This document shows positions 1 through 14,300 of a stretch of DNA of 64,000 bases, piece by piece. The position numbers and the translations under genes were made by a program. The first letter of the stretch is position 1. Every line of letters starts with the position of its first letter. The notes below the pieces were generated by a model, which saw only the letters and a list, made by a program, of their open reading frames with translations, did no database searches and was not told where the DNA came from. The DNA is from Balanoglossus misakiensis (taxonomy: Eukaryota > Animalia > Hemichordata), in the NCBI GenBank assembly GCA_040954595.2, contig CM082589.2, positions 7,820,232 to 7,884,231 on the forward strand. The letters are read 5' to 3'.

Positions 1-855
1 AGTTGAATGCGCTGTAATTTATTCAAAAACCTAATGATACTATTATCATTTTGCTGTCATGCTAAAAGATCTCTTATATATGAGTCAAATCTGGCAATAT
101 ATTCTAAAAACTCTAAGGAGAAGATTTTATATGCAGTGAAATATGTCTGTTTTAACCTCTCTAAACCAGTGCATATATTGAAAATGATTATGTCATATTC
201 TCTTTTCTGAAAGGTATCTGTAATAGACTGGCTTTATTTTAACTAATACTGCAGATCTATGTACATGTACAAATTTGAATGAACAAAAAAAAAACCCAAT
301 AATTTGAATTAGTGTCACACCTCATTTCCTAGTATATATACACAAACACAATGTTGAAGACAAACGGATTTGACGAAATGATACAGTTTGTTGTTGAGAG
401 CTGTGTTTAAACATTTTCATCAAAGTAAGAAGTAGCTTTGTAGTAGAACTCAGGACAAGGTCGTGATTGTTCCATTTGCTAACTGTCAGTATTTTGTAGA
501 GTTGCCATGACAACGACACCAGAGTTCATCAGTTTAAAAAAGCCTGCTAAACGCTGTTGTGTTTACAATGTGAAGTTCACAATACCTGGCCATTGCGTTT
601 ATCATTGGCATGGCAACCATATTAAGTTCATTATTTGGTGAATTTATGTCTATCAGAGTGGTTTCTGATGGTTGTTTTCGAATCCAGCATTTGCTTTTAT
701 GACTGACAGGTTGATTTCACTTCTCTACTGTGCAAGTGTCCAACCTATGCATAATTGGAATAAGGATATGTGATGTTGTCAAGTCTATGCAGCTCAAAAG
801 TCATGTGCATCTTAGAATTCACAACCATGAGCAGAGATAAAAGTGGCATTAAATG

Positions 856-1090
856 TTAAGGGCACATGAACTGCAACTTTGGGATAATCATCATAATTTT
901 TTTTCAGCCCATAAAGATACAAGTGCATATGCAGATTTGGGTACTTATTTTTCTTTTAATTTTGGGGCCATTTTGTCATAAATAAGTGTTATCTTGATAT
1001 ACTATGAGGCAATATAATTAAAATAAAAGCATATCCGAAATTATTTAAAGCTTAGAGTTTTTTATCCAGTTTCAGCTCATGGGCCTTTAA
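856..1090. mobile_element. TTAA-flanked MITE, degenerate (relative near 22025)
   Basis: ttaagggcacatgaactgcaact...agtttcagctcatgggcctttaa. Confidence 0.6.
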
Positions 1091-2287
1091 GAAATAAGAG
1101 AATGTCCCAGTAACTAAAATTTAAGTCTTTAAATTTTCTCTAATAACTGCTAAGAAACAATTGCATTCTGGAAAAAAGTCTTATTGTGATTTCAGCACAA
1201 TTTGAGTTGGTAAACTTTTATTTTTAATTTGCCGGAATAGATTTAGATTTTTGATAATGACACATTGAGAAAGCAAGTCACTTCTTAGTGAATCTTGTCG
1301 CATCTATGGTGACGAATATGAACAACATCCATTGTATAAATAGCTAGGAACCTTTTGAAGGTCGCAACAGTTGATGACAAGTGATAAAACAGCATCGTAA
1401 AATCAAACTCCTCCAAAGCAATTCTGTCTTTTATGATTTTTGTATTACCAGTACATCAGATGTGTTGGCCACCCTATATTTGAAGAGATACTTCATGCTC
1501 TGCAGAGGCAATCATTTCTTTGTCAAAACAGCTGTAGGCTTCTCGGCAAATTTATTTTTACTACTTTGCCATTTTAGGTACTGTCAGAGTCAGTAGAAGA
1601 CTTTCATGGAGGGAACAAAGTGCATAGTTTCTGACTGTCGTGTACATTTTTTATGTTATAAGAACATAACCGTTCTCGCTATCAGATCTGTATAGTATTA
1701 CAAAATAGACATTTTTTGAATTTAAAAAGTTAAAATTAATTTAAAGGAATCTAAATTGGTGTTGGGCAATTCACATGATACAGATCTCATTTCTTTGCAA
1801 TTCCTCAGTTATATTACACCAACACACACACACGTCTCACTGTGCTTGTTGAATAATGGAATATTCCAATTTTATATTGAATTAGTATGCCAGTCACGCA
1901 CACATGACAGTAACATACATGATTCCTCTGATAGTACATGTTTTAGCCCCTTCTTCAGAATGGTATATTCCATCCTCAGTGGCAACCAATTGCTTCACTT
2001 TCCATTTTCTGTGTTTTTTTGCCGACAGAGCTACGACCAGATTTGGAATACACCTGTTGTGATTGCGGTCCACGTTATCTCACCATTTGCGTTACCGATA
2101 CAAGAAATCGTTTTATTGATGCTACCTTGGGAGTCTCTTTCTTGAAACATTGCCTTGATCCAGCCTCTTAGGATCACTGAAAATCTCCCGAGGATTTGTC
2201 TGCTTTTCTGAATGCTCCGTGTGGTTTTCATTGGGAGACCATATTGAACACTGAAGTGTACATCGGGAAAATCTGAATCCTGAGAAA

Positions 2288-2317
2288 ATGGAAGCTCGAC
2301 TGTTGAAAGTAATTTTG
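2288..2317 (+). CDS. aGPCR coding exon 1 ([10 protein letters not shown], first part of signal peptide); 5'UTR part of exon from ~2029
   Basis: aaaATGg context, donor gtaagt at 2318 in phase 0; acceptor ttttttgccgacag ending 2028; joins the next exon into a signal-peptide-like [22 protein letters not shown]. Confidence 0.7.
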
Positions 2318-5300
2318 GTAAGTTGCTTTGCTCATTTTGCATAAATGTGTTTGTGAAATCTGTTAAAAATCAGAAACTATTAACTGATTTCACATTTGTA
2401 AGTTTGTGCGTAATTACTTTTAATGTTTCTTTTGTCCCTATTTTCTGAATAGCACCTTTGTTTGCATAAATTTCTATATTTGAAAACCTTTATTTTCAGC
2501 TGAATTTTTGATCAGACATTGTTATCATTCATTTACTTGATAAGTATGTTTTGTTATTATTATTTATTCATTTAAAACAGGCGCACTAAACTACATCTCA
2601 GTGCTCTTTACAGGACTTTAAAAAAATCACAAATTTATATATTTTTTTGAGAAAGAAAACATTGAATCAACCGGGTAAAGATTAATTAAATACATCAATC
2701 TCGCTGGCTGTTTTTCTCCATGTATCTCGACAACTCTAGTGTTATTTTAAGTGTGTGTTTGGCAGGGATATCGTTAGAGTGTTCGATTGTTGAGAGACCG
2801 TGCGGCAGACATGACGCAGATATGGAGCAGATATGCAGTATTGTTGTTGACAGATGGTCATTCTGTTTATGCTGTCTCTTTATCTGAGAGAGAAATTCAG
2901 CACTTCTCTGACTTTGCTCTCAAATATTTCTTTTGTCTGTATAAGGTGATTTTGCCGTTCTTGAATTCAAATATTCATTGATTCATTCCATTTATAGGAA
3001 GCATCATTTTACGGAGAGAAAAAATGTGCATGCACATGTCTTATATTTTTGTTAAATATTTGCATAATTGTTTGAATTCTTTTAGATGCAATCATCTGGA
3101 TAAAAAGCAGCGAAAGCTGGTAAACTTGAAATTATTTCCCTATTTGATGGACAGGCATAGATTGTTTTCGTTCTTCCAATAACCTTTTGCTACCTCAGGT
3201 GTGTATGCGAATTATGCAGAGCCTATGATCTATTAGGTTTCTATGACAACCGCTAAAAAAGGTCAAGCTTGGTCAGACCTGTGTTTCAGTCTATTATTGC
3301 AGAACTTAATGCATCTTTCGTAAAAATCTTTTTGAATCAACATAATGAACTGTACAGCCAAACTGTCATTTCATTAAAGGCCAAGGGTTTGATCTCAGAG
3401 AACAAGTGTGTACTTTGATATGAACAGCTTGTGGAAATAGAGATAGTACTATGAAAAAAATGTTTTTTAAACTTTATTTGTCAAGTATTTATTAAAATCA
3501 GTGGACATATCATAACAAAATTTGAAATATTGTAGAAGTGTGGTAAAAACTGATTGTAGTTAGGGTAAATGTGTTTCAGATCACAGTTCACATGAACAAG
3601 GACTTTGAATACTGGTACTTTGAAAAAGCTGAGAGATATTTTCAAATGATACGTGGAATACAGAAAATAAAAGTGTTATTTTTTTGGTCTAACCTAGAGT
3701 AAATTAACTGCCATACTTTCACTGGTGAACCTTGATACAATCTCATAGTTTTACACCAAAATCAAACTATTTAGAGACCTTTCAGTCAGTCATAGACCTA
3801 TACAACAATATTAATGCAAGTTTGTTAGAACACTGAGAATCTATTGGCATAGCAGTGAATTAGCTAAAATTTGTCATGGAATGACTGACAATTAGTGAGG
3901 GATGTTTTGAAGCCATTATTGCAACCGTCACACTTTTGCCAGATCTGGAGACCAACAAGGTACTAAATGCATCTTTATTATCGAACCATATTGTGTTTGA
4001 ATATAAAATGTTTATGATTTAATGCATAAAATATTTTTTTCCCATTTATCACATGCAAGAGATGTATCAGCCGTTAGGTCGCTTGTTCATTTTGGGGGCC
4101 TTCATGAACTGTTGATTTGTAACTGTTTCTTAAAGGCCGTTTTCTTGATCCCAGGGCAGAACAATGAAGGCAAACAAGAAAGCCTTTGTGTTAGCACGTA
4201 ACTGTTCATTGGAAACAAAAGATTTGACCAACTGTTGAGCAGGGCCTTTAAAGTGTTTATACAGTGGAGCAGTATAGTGTTGTGATTTGTCATTTATGGT
4301 CTGGATATAAAGTTAACAGAGTACATTTCAAAAATCCCAGCATGTATTTACAATGATTTAATTTAATAAACAGAATTGATTGATGTTGCCTTTTAAAGAA
4401 ATACTGGATACCGGTATATATATTCCATGTAATAGGAGAGTCACAGTTACTGCTAGGATGATAAATAAGAAATTTTGACCCTGACAATTTTTTTCTTTCC
4501 TGTTTCATCTGCGATAGAATAAATTTACATATGTCGTTTGAAGTTTCACACCTTATTCTTGTACTACCATTGAAAATCGGCAAATCATGACATTTTTTCT
4601 CAGATTTATTTACAATTAAACTGAAGTTCAATGATGATAAGAAAAAAGGACATGTCTTCAAGATTTAGGTATAAGCAGGGCTGGAGAACTGGGGCCTGCA
4701 AGTACGTAAAATTTTCTTCTTTCACCTCACTGCAACTCTTAACATTTGAGCAGAAGCTACAGGCATACAATCACATGTTTATGAACAATTGATCACTTTG
4801 TGTTTGATCATCAGTGGCTGACAGAAATGATGAATGCATCTGTCATTAACACAGATGGTCACGGATCAATTGACAAAGGCTCTGAAATTATCCTGCTCAT
4901 AATTGTATTAAAATAACTGTCTTGCTTAATTTTATGCTCTATGCATAGAAAGGCAATTTTGTAGTTTTTAGTGTTTCCTGTATAAGGCATATTAAAGGTA
5001 TACAGTCACCTCCAATTTACATACGCCCATATATGGCGGAAATGGCGTATTTGAGGGTTCTAAAGAACATATGGTGGTGCTCTCTCTTTTCGCGTGTGCC
5101 ACCCACTGAAAATCACGATTGGCTAGATCTCGATCGATTTGCCATGGTAACTATTAATAGCTATTTTCCATAGGTGACCTTATACATGTACCTTTAAACA
5201 TTTATCAGAACTGAGGATATCAGACACAACCATGGCCACCCAATTGCATGAAATCATTGGATGTCAATTTTTCCACAGTTGTGGATTAACGAAGCCTTGC

Positions 5301-8300
5301 TTCTCCAGATTACAGCTGTAAAGATGTAAAATACAAAAACAGACCCTGTCAGGAATTGCAGTTTTCTGTCAATTATTGCCTAAACCCCCAAAGTATATTA
5401 AATACTTTTAAAAGTACCACTGTAACACACAACATAAAGTCTTTGAACATATAACGATAGTTATTTTTTTTTAAATGGTGCATACTGTCAGCAAAACTGT
5501 TTCTCATTTATTTTTCATACCAGACAGTCAAAATGTTAAGATCATGTTGTTATTATTATAGTAGCAAATTTTTTTGATAATTGTCATTCTGAGAAAGTTA
5601 GAAAATTCTGAGAAAGTTCGAATGAGAAAGTGCCAATTAAAGACAAGAAGTAGCTATACTCTCTCTTTTTAACGAACTTTCAGCACCTTATGCATTAGTT
5701 GTTACCTCTAAAGACCATTAAAAAGGAAGAGTTTGAATGAAAAGTAATTTTTCAAGTTTCAATGAAAATCCTCTTGGGAACCTCACAAGCTATCGTAAGT
5801 AATACAGGTACCTGTCATTTAAGCTGTTGAAAACAGATTTTTGACTTCTACAATCATGGCTTGAATTTGTAATGTCACCAGTCACCACCATGGATTATGT
5901 TTTATTAAAAAAGAGGCATTCAGAATGATTGTGTTTAATGAAATCTTGAAGGCAGACGGCCCATCAATCTCTTCATATAAAGTGCATGAGCAATGAACAG
6001 AATCTTGGCAACATATTTACAAAAATTGGATAATATTTGTGTCAAGATACTGTTAATGGTATAAATGAAGTGAATCTTGAACCCAAGGGTCACTTGAATT
6101 ATCCACGTAAATGGAATTAATTAATACGAAAAGGTCTTTTAAGAATCAGAAATATTCAATCAATATGTACGATAGAGTACTACCAAATCTGATTTATTCT
6201 GATATTATGAAAATAATAAGCGATTTTTATTAATGATAAATCAAGCCAGAAGATTAATTTTCTGCTGTATTTATTTGAATTAGGATGAGGTCTTGTATTA
6301 CCATGTGAAGTGTTGCTATGGTTACACATCAGAGGTCATCATTTACATGGTAATGTTGAGTCAGCAGTTGGATCAAAGCAATAAATACCGCTATCAGCAT
6401 TTCTTGTTCGGTGTGAATAATATGTCAAGGTTCTCTATGCAGTTCATTTGATTTCGGATTATTTGATGGCGTCTCCACACTGTCTCCATAATCAAGTGAT
6501 GATAGAGCTAGTTGATTTGTATTTTACAGGATAAATTCAAGGAATTGAAAGCTCGATAGAATAACATTTCATCCAGGATTCTGTTGTCAAGGAGACTGGG
6601 TTTTGTCCTTCCCTTGATTTAAAGGAGAATTACTTCAGGGGATTTTAAGTGACTGTATACATGATAGATGTGTTGTCCAGTTTTACCCTTAAAGCCTCTA
6701 GAGCTGCCACTTTTTGCATTATTTTCATGATTTTATTTTCCAAGTTAAATTAAATAAGCTTACCGATAGGTATACATGAGCATCTGATCAATGCCTACTT
6801 GTGGCTGTATGTTGCAATTGTCCCGGAAGCACATTATTTTAAAGGTGCCTCAAAAGTAATTTTTTGAATTGTAATTCATAGATAAAGCATAGATGATAAA
6901 ATATATATACGTAAATGTCTAAAATAAAATACACCAATCTTAAAGCACATTCAGTGATAAGGAAGAAATTTACCTCATAGAAAATTGAGGTTCATTTAGC
7001 TTGTGAGGTTTGTCACAACTTATAATAAATTTTTAATATTTCATCCCAAAGACCTTTACACAGATTTCTTTCCTATGCCACAAAACTTTAAACTACTGGA
7101 AGTGTTTGGCCATAAAAGGGCAGATTTTGTAGTAAAAAGCTGTTTTTTTTATAATTTTCACCCAAAGATTGCTATGAATAATATATCTGACAGCCTACAA
7201 CCACAACATATTACAGATTAATTGGTGTGATAATGCTGCATGTATGTGGTAATGCTTTTCTGATATATTTCCTTTTTTGTGTTGTGTGTGTCGTGGGTTG
7301 ATGTGATTGAACTTGGCTATCTTCAAACTTACTTCTTCGGAGGTGGGGGGATAAGGGGATTTGGCCAAGTGATTTTATGCATGAACTTGCTTGCTACATG
7401 AATCGGTGTGGGAGGTCTGGGGTTTTAAGGCCATCAAATACATCCAAATTATACTTTATCACTTGAAGTTGAAATCACAGCTCAGTTTCAGATATCAGAG
7501 CAGAACTTGATTGAAAACCACAGACATTTCTTTGTGCTAAACCCTCCTTACATCTTCCAGACATAAATAAAATATTTCAACTAATAAACCTTGACACGGC
7601 ACACTAGAAATCTATTAGAAGCCACTTACAACATCTTTTATTTTCATCAGTCTTGCCTATCAATATTCCTCTAGCTAGCCATTTTCTCTGGATCGAACAG
7701 GAAATTTCATGAAGATCGCCCTTTAGAATGTCAATTCATCATGTGACTTGGAATAAATTTTCCTTGAGATGGTGTGAGGTGTTTTCGTATTGGATTCCCC
7801 AAATGCTCAGTTTCCAATATCCGGCCATAACATCTCAAGCAGTTACAAAAGAAAGCTGTTTAGTGATCCAACTGTAATCAAATTGCCACCAAAATTCAAC
7901 TTGGAGATGATGTGAAGACTTAAAGGGACAAAGTCTCTCTCTTGCTGCCCATTTTCCATTAATTACGTTTGATACAAGACACTGTTTATGTTATGTGAAT
8001 ATATCTATTAGCGAATCAATGTTTACCGCACACACTTTCCATCCCACTTGTAGACACGAGAGTGAAAAATCGTGCCAAAATGAATAATTGGTCTCTACCA
8101 TTTATTCATTTTGGGTGAGTTTTTACTCTCATACCATACAAGCAGGATGGAAGGTGTGTGTGGTTGAATGTTCATTCACTACATATACACATGTACATTT
8201 ACATAAACATTGTCTTGTATCAAACATAATTAATGGAAAAAGGGCAGCGAGAGAGAGACTTTGTCCCTTTAAATAAGCTTATACATTTATGTATAATATA

Positions 8301-11300
8301 AAGATTGAAAGGGTGGATACAAATAATGCTTTATCACATGAACTGGCCTGTATAGTCACCTGTGTGACAGGTCAAATAAAATATCAGAATTTACCCCTGT
8401 TCTACGTCATCAACCGAAACTATTTTCACTGATTCGCCCGTCGCTGTAACTTTCTTGTATGTGTTTTATAGAATATTTTCTACACAGGTAAGGAGTGCTT
8501 TTTGGAAGTGTTATAAATTCGTAATTCTACCTTTTGAGTTGTCATGCAATCCCAAGTGAGTTTCGGTGAATTAGGCTTTCAGCAGTTGTTGTGGTCAGAA
8601 CCTTATTATTATTACAAAATGTCCAGTAACTGATTTTTTTTCTGTGAAATAAAGTCCTGTTGCCAAACTTTAGTTTATCCTTGTCTAAAACCACATAATT
8701 TTATTTCTGTAGAAGAAGCTAATTCACCATGATTGCAATTTAATAGCTGCACACTGCGATACTTTGTTTCTGCAAGACTTGGATAAGAAGCTCACAAAAG
8801 CGGGACAATTTCGTGAACAATAAATATTTGCAAATTTCGTGAGACCCCAAAATTTTCTCATAAACCGAAAAATCCAGGTCACACTATAGCTTGTGATTAT
8901 AGTTTGCCTAATTTACCAAAACATCAAAATATAGGTTTCAACATACATTTTTTGCAAATATATCCACAAGTCAGTACTGTAAAACTGCCCCAGAAAATGT
9001 GATTAAATTCCTGAATAATAATACAAAATACAAAGTATTTGAGCCAGCCTCTCATCCATCAAACTAGTAAGTATAACGCCACTTCTGTTAATCATGTTAA
9101 TGAAGCTACATCAATACTCATCATAAAATCAGGTCAACATTTTAATTTAAAATAACACAAACAAAGACTGCATGCTCAATACTGTGAAAATGCAGTCTGC
9201 GTCATATGCAGCCTTCAGAGCAAGTCATATTATGTTTACTTTATGTACAGTTGACATCAATCCAAATATTGCTAAAGTAAGTGCATTATTTCATACTTGT
9301 TATGATCCACAAGAGTATGGGTTTGACAAGCTGTAGACTTCAATACAATTTATTTGGAGGGTTATACTCCAATTCTGGCTGCCTTAAATAGGTTTTCACT
9401 TTTTTTTGGGGGGGGGGGGGGGTGAGAATCCTGAATCTCTTGGCTTCTGTATTAAAATGAGTCTAAATTGTTGCCTAGTGATCAATTTGAATAACTCTCT
9501 GATGTCTACAGATGTGTATGTATGGTGGCAGTCAGTTTAATCAGACAAATTTGGTACTATGAAAATGCAGTCTGCGTCACATGCAGCCTTCATAGCAAGT
9601 CATATTATGTTTACTTTATAGTACAGTTACTTTTTGGGATAACATCTGAGATAAAGAGAACTAATTCACGGAATCATTTGGATAGAAAACAACAGAATAT
9701 GGTCTACTGTTTTTTTCCTTGATATAAACTGCACCAGATTTATTCAATCTACGATAAAATCTGCTATTGCGTGATTTTGTGTTTTTTAGCAATTTTTATG
9801 ATTTTGGCTACATTTCTCTAATTGATATATAAATTATATTTTTCACCCATATATTTGGGGGGCCTCATGTTGCAATTTATATGAGGCAGCCATTGTTTTA
9901 TAGTGATTGTTTCAAGTCCAAAATTATTATGGCTGTCCAATTCCATTCAGACTTGGTACAAGGACAATAGAATGTTACGTGTCTGGCAGTTTAAAAGTAA
10001 AAACATACCCAGAAAAACTTTCACTGGATGACAAAATATTGTTTGCCCGTCACCTGGAAATGACAATGCTGTGGGTCACATGGCCATATCATGTAATTGA
10101 TAGTATAGAATAATGCAGTACATGTATTAATATTTTTATTTCTCTTACAGTTGTATCTAGGACTTACCTCCCACCTAACTGAAGGTATGTAATCAAATTT
10201 TGTGATAATTGTACTGTATTGTTGTGTTGTTCTATGCTGTCGTGTTTTGTTTTTGTGTGTTGTGTTGTGTTGTGTGAGATGCGTTGCATTGTAAGAAATA
10301 AGTAAGAGAGGGGGAGGACTGTTTTGATTTTATATCTGCCACAACACTAAATGATTCTGGTTTGAAAAATGAATGATGTCATTTTGAGTCTGATTTCTAC
10401 AAAGATAAGGAGGCAAGGAGCGAATGTCTGATGCATTTTTTCTGTTTTGTGTTTTTCGAAGGAGTTGATCCATGTACAGGTCTAGGGGGCGCTGTTGCTT
10501 TGGGCATGGAAAATAATTTTATCCAGAGCACACAGATTAAAGCTTCATCTACGTGTAATTGCACAACTCATCCACCAGAGGTAAGCCTTGTAATCAACAA
10601 ATCTGACACTTGTATACTAGATCTACATACTGTAAAACGGGAAATTTTCGCTAACGATAAATTTTTCGCGAACTACGCGAGAGCCAAAAAACAGAAGAAG
10701 TCGCATAAAAAAAATGTTCAGAGATAATGATGCGGTGAAATACGAGAATGTGAAAATTATTAATCGCGTAACAGTTGCCTCTATTGATATTGCGAAAATT
10801 CCCTGTCACGAAAATTTCCCGTTTTACAATATTCAAAGTACTTTTCTGTGCTGTGATATTTCACACTATTGATGTACCTAGGCTATTACCAAAACTGATG
10901 ACCCAGTTGTCTCCAAACTTTTCTGAACTCCGAATCAACCATGCTGATTATGTATTGAACTACTGTATTGGTTTAATAATCTGAGCTTGCCATGCACTAT
11001 GACAGGAAAAGCCTCATTTTCTCATGATCCAAACTTTGTTTCATATATTTCTTTAAAGTCAATCATGTGCAGTTTGTTACATACACACAATTTCCAAACA
11101 AATCCACATGTTTTTAGATTTTACTGGTTTGAATTTACCATTCAGCCAAGTTACGTTTGACTTTTGATCTTTTCTGTCTCAATACATAGGATGCACGATA
11201 TATGTCCGCTGGATCCTGGACCTCAGCCATAGCTGATGATATGCAGTTTTTGCAAATTGATCTGGAAATTCGCCACTTTGTAAGTATTAGCTTTTAGCCA

Positions 11301-14300
11301 AGTTTCCCCGAATCAAACCAATTAGATAATTCTTCCTATCAACTGAATTCAAACATTAGTTAGGTTTTAAAAGGACAAAGTCTCTCTCTCACTGCCCTTT
11401 TTAACATTAATTAGGTTTGATACAAGACAGCATTTATGTTATTATGCATGTGGATATGTAGTGAATGAACGTTCAACCACACACAACTTCCATTCTGTCT
11501 GTAGGATATGAGAGTTGAAATCTAGCCATGGTAAAGACCAATTATTCATTTTGGCGAGTTTTTCACTCTTGTTTCTACAAGTGAGATGGAAGTTGTGTGT
11601 GGTCGAACATTGATTCACTATATACCCACTTGTAGAATAATATAAACGTATCAAACATATTTAATGGAAAAAGGGCAGCAAGAGAGAGACTTTGTCCCTT
11701 TAATGTTTTTTGCCAAGATTTTACAATCACTGTGTTCAATTTTCAGATTCGCAGTGTGAGAATCCAGGGTCGTCCAGACTATCCCCAGTTTGTGCGTTAT
11801 TTCAATCTAGAATACAGTTACGATCCACTGGGATATGAGTTTGACTATGTTCCAGATGACATCAATCCAAATATTGCTAAAGTAAGTCCATTATTTCATA
11901 CATTTTTTGATCCACAGGAGTATGGGTTTGACAAGCTGTAGACGTTAATCCAATATTTGGAGGGTTATGCTCCAATTCTGGCTGCCTTAAATAGGTTTTC
12001 ACTTTGCGCTGGGGGGTCAAATCACATTGCATTCTGGGTGAAAAGCAATCTGATTAAAATCAGATGTAGGGAACGGCAACTTGGTTTTTTTATGCTGTCG
12101 GAGGCGACAGCATAAAAAAACCAAGTCGCCGTTCCCTACATCTGATTTTAATCAGATTGGGCGAAAAGTGGACAACCCACTGAAGTAAGAGATAGAAGAA
12201 ATGATGTGTTTACTGTATTTCATGACTACCTTTGGTCAAACACGCTTCAGAATGACCCATCATCACTTTAGTTTATGAACTCCCATTTCTTAAACATGGC
12301 ATAATTCGGCCATCTTGAAATTGTGTCGCTCATATGAGATTTTCATCACTCACTTAGGTAGCTTAAAACCTATTTAAGGTACAGAGAATTACCAACCACT
12401 TTTCTTTTGTGAAATTTCAGATTTTTTTTTTCCAGTTGGCTTCGTTATTTTTTTATAGTTATTGATTAAACCTGTGCTTTCTGTGGAGGTCTAAGTAGAT
12501 TCTTTGTTTATTTTTTGTTGTTGTTTTGTTTTTTTGTGTTTTTTCTTTTTTTTTTGGGGGGGGGGGGAGAATCTTGGTTTCTGTATTAAAATGTGTCTCT
12601 CCTGACTTCAACTTTTCAAATATGAGGTTTTCTTAATACCGAGATTTACCAAAATATGATTCTTAATTTCTTGATCATATGTGTTGATCTCCCAGTGTGA
12701 TCATGATAGTATTGTGAGTTATTCTAATTCCATGTCCTGAATTTTCATTGAAGGAGCTTGAAGCCATAGCATTGGACGATGATATCGATTATGCTACATA
12801 CATCACATCCCATACGGATGAAGAGAAAGATGTTGTCGTTGATGTTGGTCCTTTGAGATTTGTGCGATTCTATCCAACCAACTGGACACATCACATTGCA
12901 ATGAGGGTCGAACTGTTTGGATGTACTGATGTTGGTGAGATCTTCATATTGTACTTCACACGCTTTTACTGCTTGAGTTTGAAAAATATGTGAAGTGATC
13001 CGGGAATGTTTGCAGATAACTTTTGCATTTAAACTGAATATTTGATCTTCAGATGTTATTTAAAGGGACAAAGTCTCTCTCTCACTGCCCACTTTCCATT
13101 AATTATGTTTGAAAGAAGACACCGTTTAGATTATTTTATGTGTGGATATATAGTGAATTTACGTTTGACCACACACAATTTCCATCCCATTTGTAGGATA
13201 TGAGACTAAAAATCACCCAAAATGAGTAAATGGTAGAGGCCGATTATTCATTTTGGCGAGTTTTCCACTGTCATGTCTACAAGTGGGATGGAATTTGTGT
13301 GTGGTTGAATGTTGATTCACTATATTTCCACTTGAAGAATAACATAAACGGTGTCTTGTATCAAACATAATAACCTGTTTTACAGTAAAGCACAGTATAG
13401 CAAACCATGAAGAATTTGTGTTTCAAATATGTTTGTTATTGCAGATACCGCTGTGCAGATTACCAGTTTGACTGAACCAATCACAGGCAGTTATGGACAA
13501 ACAGTTCAATTAGTGTGTGATGCACAGGGCTATCGTTCCCCGTCAATCACATGGTACGATCCAAATGATGACATCATGCAGAACGACGCCCGAATTGCAA
13601 TCACAGAGACTGAAGCAACTGATTTCATGTTTGTGACGTCAACTCTGACCATCAACTATTATCAAGAGTCGGATAACGGCGATTATAAATGTAATGCGAC
13701 ACATGAAGAGTATTTGACCAATGATATTCAAACGGCACTGCAACAAACAACAAGACCAGATTCTGGTAAGTACAGTCTGGCTATTGTTACTTGTACTTGT
13801 AGGATGTTGTGAAGTCTTGTAGCAGCTAATTTGCCTAACAATGTAATTAATTGTTATGTTAATTATGTTCTATTGTCTTCTCAAAATTAAGACAAGTGGC
13901 CACTGTGCTTTAATTGCTCTGGGGAGAACACTGTCACTGGTTCATCAAACTCTTCATCATTGTTCATTATTAGTGCATAGATAGACCCAAATTCAACACG
14001 AGATTATACAAAACTTATCTGAGTTAGAATGGAGCAAAGGCTATAGTGTCGATGACATGATTCAAAACATCTTGATATTTGTCCTTCAGGGGTCAGAGTC
14101 CATCAGCCAGTTTGATTTTCAATACACTTTGATTTAAGTCTGTCATGTCCCGTTTATCTTCAAAGTCAACTCTCTTTTAAAGACATTTCTTTTATTCATT
14201 GGATAGATTGAATGCACCAGTGTTTTTAAGAGAACGAAAACCACTAAATATGCACACTTTTTGCTAAACACTGCCACGGTAACCAATCATTATATATGTC

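Noticed and set aside
1-2000. Promoter or first exon of the aGPCR, and short ORFs here and at 61-64 kb
   Set aside because: No convincing coding or promoter signal; the first exon may lie outside the window
8472-8487. Micro-exon or alternative first exon ending at cag|gtaagg
   Set aside because: 16 nt would break the frame and no in-phase ATG supports it; cannot be supported without transcripts
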